Below, piece after piece: positions 27,814 to 33,498 of a DNA stretch of 33,498 nucleotides. A model generated the notes under the pieces. That model worked only from the letters and a program-made list of their open reading frames with translations, searched no databases and had not been told where the DNA came from. Numbering within the stretch: position 1 is the stretch's first letter; each line of letters begins with the position of its first letter. A program made the position numbers and the translations under genes. The DNA is from a virus (taxonomy: Duplodnaviria > Heunggongvirae > Uroviricota > Caudoviricetes). The stretch lies in IMG/VR virus record IMGVR_UViG_2711768056_000010; one strand, given 5' to 3'.

Positions 27814-28667
27814 GCACGTACTCCGTACACGGCAGAACTATCCACGCCACGCGAATAATCAAATCCCATCCAGCAGCGCGGCCCGGAAACAGCAATGATT
27901 TCTGTTGCTGATTTACCCTCGCCAGCTGCCACACCGATGCTGCGTTTTACCTTGATATAGTGGTGAGTAAAATTGCGATACAGCGAACGGATCAGGGATG
28001 TGTCACTGTTAGAAACAATGACCGGATGTCCTTCAGATGATCGATGTTCAAGAACGGATGCCAGGTGATACTGGTCATCTTCAGTGAAACCATCAGTGTG
28101 ATAGCCGGAAAACGTACCGTCATACGGCGGATCGCAATACACCACATCCCCCGCCTTCAACATCGCCAGCGTTTCATCAAAGCTGGTGCAGATAAACGTT
28201 GCCCGCTGGGCTTTTTCTGCAAATGCGCGAATTTCTTTTTCAGGGAAATACGGATTTTTATAATTACCGTAGGGAATGTTGAAATGCCCACTCTTGTTAT
28301 AGCGACATAAACCACGGTAACCGTGACGATTGAGATACAGGAAATATACCGCTTTCATGAAATCAGTAATTTCAGTTGAGTAATTAAACTCCTGCCTTAT
28401 GTTGTAATAAGCTACCTCCCTGTTTGCGATCTCAAATAAAACTCTGGCGCGAGATATAAACGATTCACAATCAGCGGCAACCTTTTTATAGAGGTTGATT
28501 AAATCAGGATTAATATCCGCAACCAGATAGCTGGGGTAATCCGTCTCCATCATCACAGCACAAGAACCCGCGAAAGGTTCAACCAGTCGCGGGCCAGCAG
28601 GAAGATGTTTTTTCAGTTCGGACATTATGGCAGTTTTATTTCCCGCCCATTTCAGGATGGTGCTCAT
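27810..28667 (-). CDS. DNA adenine methyltransferase (Dam family)
   Basis: [15 protein letters not shown] and DPPY motifs; start trimmed to ATG at 28667 with GGAGG Shine-Dalgarno sequence. Confidence 0.85.
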   Translation of the reverse strand: MSTILKWAGNKTAIMSELKKHLPAGPRLVEPFAGSCAVMMETDYPSYLVADINPDLINLYKKVAADCESFISRARVLFEIANREVAYYNIRQEFNYSTEITDFMKAVYFLYLNRHGYRGLCRYNKSGHFNIPYGNYKNPYFPEKEIRAFAEKAQRATFICTSFDETLAMLKAGDVVYCDPPYDGTFSGYHTDGFTEDDQYHLASVLEHRSSEGHPVIVSNSDTSLIRSLYRNFTHHYIKVKRSIGVAAGEGKSATEIIAVSGPRCWMGFDYSRGVDSSAVYGVRA

Positions 28668-28891
28668 ACAGCACCTCCGTTGTAATGTTTGCCTTTCAGC
28701 TCTGCAATTTCCTGACAGGTAATGCAAAGCTGCACACCTGGAATGGCACGGCGGCGTGCTGGCGGAATTGGCGCTTCACACTCAATGCAAAGCACGCGGG
28801 ACACGCCCGGCGTTTTGGCACGGGCAGCACGGATATGGCGTTGGCGTTCTTCTTCAACGCGCTGCTGTACGAGATCCATTGCATCAGCCAT
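28664..28891 (-). CDS. TraR/DksA-type C4 zinc-finger protein
   Basis: 75 aa with CIECEAPIP...CITCQ; stop overlaps dam start. Confidence 0.7.
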   Translation of the reverse strand: MADAMDLVQQRVEEERQRHIRAARAKTPGVSRVLCIECEAPIPPARRRAIPGVQLCITCQEIAELKGKHYNGGAV

Positions 28892-29130
28892 TAGTGAATC
28901 TCCTGCGCTTCGTTCTGGATTGCTTCAGCAGTCACACGAAGCAGTTCTGCCGCTTCGACGTGGGTTAGCTGGCGGGATGTGATATGACACGCCAGGCTAT
29001 CAAGGCGAGCTGCCATTGCTTCAGCCCTTGCCCGGCGTTCTTCCAGACGAGCCTCTGTCAGTAAAATATTAAGCCCTGCGTCATCCGGTCCGGTTTTAGT
29101 CGTGAGGGTTTCAATATTACGCATAATCAA
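28891..29130 (-). CDS. Hypothetical early protein
   Basis: 79-aa ORF translationally coupled (TAATG) to the zinc-finger gene. Confidence 0.5.
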   Translation of the reverse strand: MIMRNIETLTTKTGPDDAGLNILLTEARLEERRARAEAMAARLDSLACHITSRQLTHVEAAELLRVTAEAIQNEAQEIH

Positions 29131-29191
29131 TTCTCCTGAATTTAGATAAAGGGATGCCCGGCGGGTTTACGCCATTAATTTCATTAGTTGG

Positions 29192-29533
29192 TTAATTCGG
29201 CATGGTTAGCCGTCTGGGAAATAAGCTCACCACTGCACGAAAATGATTCATTGCTTTAATCAGCTCCCGCTTTTCGTCAGTGGTCAGCTCATTAATGCTG
29301 ATGCTATGACGTTCAGCTGGAATTTTTGCCATAAAGAATATGGCAGCCAGTGCCCGTTTATTTTGTTCGCTATTAATATCCCGTGGATCACGCATATCTT
29401 TAATAAACCGTTCAAGCTCTGACTCAATATTCAGACCAAAAACTTTCGCCCTTAACTCCGCAATGTGATTAAGTCCATTCAGGCGTTCACCGGGGCTTAA
29501 TGGAACAGTCGCCGCAGCGCCTTCAATAGCCAT
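29192..29533 (-). CDS. Hypothetical early protein
   Basis: 113-aa ORF with GGGGGA Shine-Dalgarno sequence. Confidence 0.55.
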   Translation of the reverse strand: MAIEGAAATVPLSPGERLNGLNHIAELRAKVFGLNIESELERFIKDMRDPRDINSEQNKRALAAIFFMAKIPAERHSISINELTTDEKRELIKAMNHFRAVVSLFPRRLTMPN

Positions 29534-29697
29534 TTGTTCCCCCGTTTTTTCGTAGATAGTTCTGCCAGCAATTCATCTTGTGAACGGCACGGATGCCAGC
29601 GTTTACCATCCTCACCCATGATCCAGCCGTGACCGTAGTGCATTGCCGGGCTTTGTTTAACAAGCAGCGATGCAAATGATGGTTCTTTCGTAAGCAT
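29497..29697 (-). CDS. Hypothetical small early protein
   Basis: 66 aa from ATG at 29697 (GAGGTG Shine-Dalgarno sequence); overlaps next gene by 37 nt, so uncertain. Confidence 0.35.
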   Translation of the reverse strand: MLTKEPSFASLLVKQSPAMHYGHGWIMGEDGKRWHPCRSQDELLAELSTKKRGNKWLLKALRRLFH

Positions 29698-29704
29698 AAG
29701 CACC

Positions 29705-30214
29705 TCACAGCAAACCGAATGAAGCACCGAGGCCAGTCACGGTATCAACTGCACTCGCCATCGCAGGATTAGCCTGTAAACGGGCCTGCAATGAAACAGC
29801 GGCCAGCGCCATCAGTCGTGTTACAGAGTTAATGCTGCTGATAGCATCACGACGACCTGCACTGGTTTTTACATCGCCGGATACCGCACCTGCAGCAACA
29901 CGCCCGATCTCTGCGGTTGCACTCATGACGTAATGCGGCAGTTTCTCTTTTGCCACCTCATTAATCGGTACACATGGCAGACAATGAATCTGTGCCAGAA
30001 AACCATCTACCAGTGTTGAGTCTTCTGTCAGATCAGTAAGCAGCCAAATTTCTGGTGCAGTAAGCTGATGCGGTTGTTCTGGGTTGAGTTTGTTTCGCAG
30101 TGTCTGAACATTCATTTCTGCACGTTCTGCCAGCTTCGCCATATTGTGACGTAATGCAAAAGCTCTACAGGCTTCATCAAAATGCGGGTGTTTGGAAATC
30201 TTATAATCAAACAT
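29705..30214 (-). CDS. cII: CII-like lysogeny establishment regulator
   Basis: 169 aa (same length as 186 CII), MFDYKISKHPHFDEACRAFALRHN...NVQTLRNKLNPEQPHQLT resembles 186 CII from memory. Confidence 0.8.
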   Translation of the reverse strand: MFDYKISKHPHFDEACRAFALRHNMAKLAERAEMNVQTLRNKLNPEQPHQLTAPEIWLLTDLTEDSTLVDGFLAQIHCLPCVPINEVAKEKLPHYVMSATAEIGRVAAGAVSGDVKTSAGRRDAISSINSVTRLMALAAVSLQARLQANPAMASAVDTVTGLGASFGLL

Positions 30215-30246
30215 GCTCCCCCCTTAGAAAGTTCTCATAATTGAAC

Positions 30247-30489
30247 TTACTTACCAACAATGACGCGGAAGTTGGAATGACCGAGGGATTCACGGACCTG
30301 ATCGGTTTTGTACATTAAATAACGCAGGCTTACGCGGCCTTTGTTTTTTTCCTTCTTGACCATGTATTTAGCAAGCTGACCATGGTGAATTTTTTGATAC
30401 ACAGAGCCGCGGGAGATACCTTCCCATTCAGCGAACTCAGCAGGCGTTGCCATCTCTTTTGGTACACGAATTGAAATATCAGTACTCAT
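30247..30489 (-). CDS. apl: Apl/Cox-like excisionase and lytic-switch regulator
   Basis: 80-aa HTH protein, first gene of the lytic operon divergent from cI. Confidence 0.7.
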   Translation of the reverse strand: MSTDISIRVPKEMATPAEFAEWEGISRGSVYQKIHHGQLAKYMVKKEKNKGRVSLRYLMYKTDQVRESLGHSNFRVIVGK

Positions 30490-30610
30490 AGTGCAGTATC
30501 TCTTACTTTGTGTGCGTGTTAGTTCGTTTTAGCCCGTCTCTTAAACTCTCACATCAAGAGACACGAAGACATTACGATCTTGATTCAAGATTGTCAAATG
30601 GAGATTACCA
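30490..30610. promoter_or_regulatory. Lysis-lysogeny switch region (divergent promoters and operators)
   Basis: 121-bp gap between divergent apl and cI containing inverted repeats GTCTCTT-N13-AAGAGAC (30536-30562) and the palindrome ATCTTGAtTCAAGAT (30577-30591). Confidence 0.6.
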
Positions 30611-31243
30611 ATGTTAAACATCAGAATGGGTTCCGATACGGGAGGTAAAGCAGCTATTGAGAGGCTGCTTGCGGCTTATGGATTTACAACTAAGCAGGCA
30701 TTAAGCGAGCACCTGAATGTCTCAAAAAGCACTATGGCGAACAGAGTGTTACGTGACAGTTTTCCTGCTGACTGGATAATTCAGTGCGCACTAGAAACCG
30801 GTGTTTCGTTACTTTGGTTAGCTACAGGACAGGGAAGCATGAAAGGAGGAAGTGAGCCTGAAAAAAGTTCTCACAATGAGAACAAACAAGCAATTAAACC
30901 GTTATCCAAACTCATAACTCCATCTATTCCTAAAGGAACCTTGGAGAATGGACAACTCAGTATTGATGAAGAGATTTTCTTAGACCACAGCATATTACCT
31001 GCAGATTATGAAGAATCGATGTTCTTAGAAACCCCTACTGATTGTTATCTCATCGATAAATCAGTTAAACAAGTCAGCAATGGATTCTGGCTTATCAATA
31101 TTGATGGAATGATTATTATTGCAAAAATCATGCGGATTCCCGGCAATAAGATTGTAGTAAATCAAGATGAAGCGTCTTTCGAGTGCTCTGCTGATGATGT
31201 GGAAGTTATTGGGCGTGCAGTCAAAGTAATAAAGAGTATCTAA
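30611..31243 (+). CDS. cI: CI-like immunity repressor
   Basis: 210 aa; N-terminal HTH region (ERLLAAYGF...CALETGVSLLWLATGQG) resembles 186 CI; directly upstream of int. Confidence 0.8.
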   Translation: MLNIRMGSDTGGKAAIERLLAAYGFTTKQALSEHLNVSKSTMANRVLRDSFPADWIIQCALETGVSLLWLATGQGSMKGGSEPEKSSHNENKQAIKPLSKLITPSIPKGTLENGQLSIDEEIFLDHSILPADYEESMFLETPTDCYLIDKSVKQVSNGFWLINIDGMIIIAKIMRIPGNKIVVNQDEASFECSADDVEVIGRAVKVIKSI

Positions 31244-31245
31244 AC

Positions 31246-32268
31246 ATGACTGTCAGAAAACAGCCAAACGGTAAATGGTTGTGCGAGTGCTATCCCAATG
31301 GACGCAATGGCAAGCGCGTGCGTAAGCAATTTGCTACGAAAGGCGAAGCCATTGCTTTTGAAAGCTTCACAATGGAAGAGGTAAATAAGAAACCTTGGCT
31401 AGGAGAAAAAGAAGATCGGCGACAACTGTCAGAAGTGATTGAGCAGTGGTATTCCCTGTATGGTCAGACACTCGCTGACCCAAAGCGTTTGATGGCAAAA
31501 TTAAAAATTATTTGTACCGGTCTCGGCAATCCTATTGCCTCGGAACTGACAGCAGGTGATTTCACAAAATATCGGGAAGCCAGATTAAAGGGGGAGGTCA
31601 AAAATGAAGACGGTGTTTTCATGTCCCCCGTAAAACCTCGCACGGTTAATCTTGAGCAGCGTAACCTGTCATCTGTATTCGGCACATTGAAAAAACTAGG
31701 ACACTGGTCAGCACCAAACCCATTGGCAGGGCTTCCAACATTTAAAATTGCTGAAGGTGAATTGGCATTCCTATCTCAGGAGGAAATTAAACGCCTACTT
31801 GACGCCTGCGCAAACTCTCAAAATCCAAGTCTGTTGATGATCGCAAAGGTATGCTTGGCTACCGGCGCGCGCTGGAGTGAAGCGGAAAACTTACAGGGCC
31901 ACCAATTATCAAAATACCGTATTACCTATACAAAGACGAAAGGAAAGAAAAATAGGACAGTACCGATATCTCAGGCTCTCTATGACGAACTCCCCAAAAA
32001 CAGAGGGAAGTTATTCACGCCATGCAGAAAGGCTTTTGAACGAGCGGTCAAACGGGCTGGTATTGAACTGCCTGAAGGTCAGTGTACCCATGTTCTGCGC
32101 CATACATTCGCCAGTCATTTTATGATGAACGGTGGAAACATACTCGTTTTGAAAGATATTCTTGGGCATTCAGATATTAAAATGACTATGATTTATGCAC
32201 ATTTTTCCCCTGATCATTTAGAAGATGCAGTAACTAAAAATCCACTTTATTCGCTATTAAAGGACTAA
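31246..32268 (+). CDS. int: Tyrosine integrase (P2/186 family)
   Basis: 340 aa with C-terminal catalytic motifs (...HVLRHTFASHF...LGHSDIKMTMIYAH...). Confidence 0.9.
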   Translation: MTVRKQPNGKWLCECYPNGRNGKRVRKQFATKGEAIAFESFTMEEVNKKPWLGEKEDRRQLSEVIEQWYSLYGQTLADPKRLMAKLKIICTGLGNPIASELTAGDFTKYREARLKGEVKNEDGVFMSPVKPRTVNLEQRNLSSVFGTLKKLGHWSAPNPLAGLPTFKIAEGELAFLSQEEIKRLLDACANSQNPSLLMIAKVCLATGARWSEAENLQGHQLSKYRITYTKTKGKKNRTVPISQALYDELPKNRGKLFTPCRKAFERAVKRAGIELPEGQCTHVLRHTFASHFMMNGGNILVLKDILGHSDIKMTMIYAHFSPDHLEDAVTKNPLYSLLKD

Positions 32269-32271
32269 ATA

Positions 32272-33498
32272 ATGACTCTCCATCAAACTTTATCTAAAGA
32301 ATTAAGAGATTTATTTGTTAGTATTTTAAGACGTTCTCTTTTTCGCCCCCCCATCAAAATAAATGGGGATATAGTCTCTGATTTTTCAAACAGATGCGAG
32401 CAGTTCAAAGAGTGCCTAAATGAATACATTTGTGATAACAATAATGCTGCTTCCGAAAGAGTTAAGCCAAGAATTAAAACTATTGAAAAAATACAACATG
32501 GATTAACTAATTCTCTTAAAGCATTTTTATCTGGCGACATTAAAGGAGCCTACGATATTTTTGATGAAGTTTTATCATACCCTACTGTCTATAGACATCT
32601 AAGAAGAATATCCATTCCACTAAAAGAAATATGTAATAAGCACAAGCCTTTATTCAGGGTAAGAAAGTCAGATAGACCAGTCGTAACAAGAAAGGAAATA
32701 TTTCATATCCCATTCACTCATCGACATCTTGTCAATGCTCAACGCTACTCCGTTGCAGGTTTGCCATGCCTTTACTTAGGTTCATCTCTCTATATATGCT
32801 GGCAGGAAATGGATAAACCTGACTTTGATAAATTATACCTATCATCATTTATATCTTGGGATGAGGAATCTTATATTTTAAATTTAGCTGCAGATTTTCT
32901 TTACAGTAGAACCGCTAAAGGATTTTACGGTGATATTAGTAATAGAGATAACCTCATTAAAATATCATATTTAACTTTATGGCCTCTGATAATTGCATGT
33001 AATTATTTAAAGCAGAATGAAAACTCTTCATTTAATCAAGAATATATCATCCCAAATTTGTTAATGCAGTGGATAAGTCGACTTGAAGATAGAGCTATTG
33101 TCGGCATAGCATATCGCTCAACAAAAATAAAAAGAACAGCAAACTCACACTTAGCAACTAATGTCGTCTTGCCTCCAAAAGTAAACTATGAAGATACAAT
33201 CACAAAACCTTATTGTCAGAAACTATTGTCAATGTTTGAGTTTACTCAACCTGTATCATGGCAGGTTTTGAAAACATTAGACTATAAAATTGATAATGAA
33301 ATAAATCAAGAGCAAGAAAAAGCAATTCATTTACTAAAACAGAAAGAAAGATTAAGTGGCATACAAGATTTAAATGAAGATCTTATAAACCTTTATCCTT
33401 TAACAGACTTCTACAAGCTAGAACAGTGCATGGATCGCCTGCTGCAGTATGATGTACTTGAGATAAAATCTGGCGGCACTTTGGCGGCAGAGCATTAA
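32272..33498 (+). CDS. Hypothetical cargo protein with RES-like motif
   Basis: 408 aa, strongly AT-rich; starts 4 nt after int stop with AAGGA Shine-Dalgarno sequence; RYSVAGLPCLYLGSSLYICWQE resembles the Arg...Glu...Ser core of RES domains; stop codon is the last triplet of the window. Confidence 0.55.
   Translation: MTLHQTLSKELRDLFVSILRRSLFRPPIKINGDIVSDFSNRCEQFKECLNEYICDNNNAASERVKPRIKTIEKIQHGLTNSLKAFLSGDIKGAYDIFDEVLSYPTVYRHLRRISIPLKEICNKHKPLFRVRKSDRPVVTRKEIFHIPFTHRHLVNAQRYSVAGLPCLYLGSSLYICWQEMDKPDFDKLYLSSFISWDEESYILNLAADFLYSRTAKGFYGDISNRDNLIKISYLTLWPLIIACNYLKQNENSSFNQEYIIPNLLMQWISRLEDRAIVGIAYRSTKIKRTANSHLATNVVLPPKVNYEDTITKPYCQKLLSMFEFTQPVSWQVLKTLDYKIDNEINQEQEKAIHLLKQKERLSGIQDLNEDLINLYPLTDFYKLEQCMDRLLQYDVLEIKSGGTLAAEH

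Larger units (their letters stand above)
1061..33498. mobile_element. P2/186-family (Fels-2-like) prophage next to ssrA; distal end not within window
   Basis: Contiguous P2-order late genes plus 186-like early/immunity genes and a tyrosine integrase; AT-rich cargo genes at both extremities; left boundary taken as the end of ssrA, right boundary beyond the window. Confidence 0.85.

Noticed and set aside
1-33498. CRISPR arrays, tRNA genes, IS elements
   Set aside because: No regularly spaced direct repeats, no tRNA-like cloverleaf candidates and no transposase-like ORFs with terminal inverted repeats were seen; the only RNA gene recognised is tmRNA.

Overview
The window opens with the host genes smpB (1-483) and ssrA/tmRNA (698-1060); everything after that is a near-complete P2/186-family (Fels-2-like) prophage running to the end of the window. 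All calls come from reading the sequence and the ORF track against remembered family motifs; no database search was run. Reading left to right: an AT-rich BRCT-domain cargo gene, then ogr and the minus-strand late genes D-U-T-E/E'-FII-FI, a lone serine DNA invertase, tail fibre genes G and H, baseplate genes I-J-W-V, tail completion S-R, the lysis cassette (lysC/lysB/lysA, SAR-type endolysin, small holin), X-L-M-N-O, and divergent P-Q on the plus strand. After a candidate cos site come an AT-rich orphan gene (DUF2971-like), a LexA-box-controlled Tum-like/DinI-like pair, the early operon (A, Dam methylase, TraR-like zinc finger, CII, Apl), a 186-type switch region, CI, integrase, and a final AT-rich cargo gene with a RES-like motif. 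The best candidates for an undescribed system are the orphan 372-aa gene in the A-to-cos hotspot and the 408-aa gene cotranscribed with cI-int. Secondary observations: an invertase flanked by inverted repeats next to a tail-fibre segment bounded by Hin-family-like half-sites, an intact E/E' frameshift site, and three TGT-N12-ACA late-promoter dyads. Several ORF-track starts are alternative-codon over-extensions and were trimmed to the first ATG or GTG with a Shine-Dalgarno sequence.
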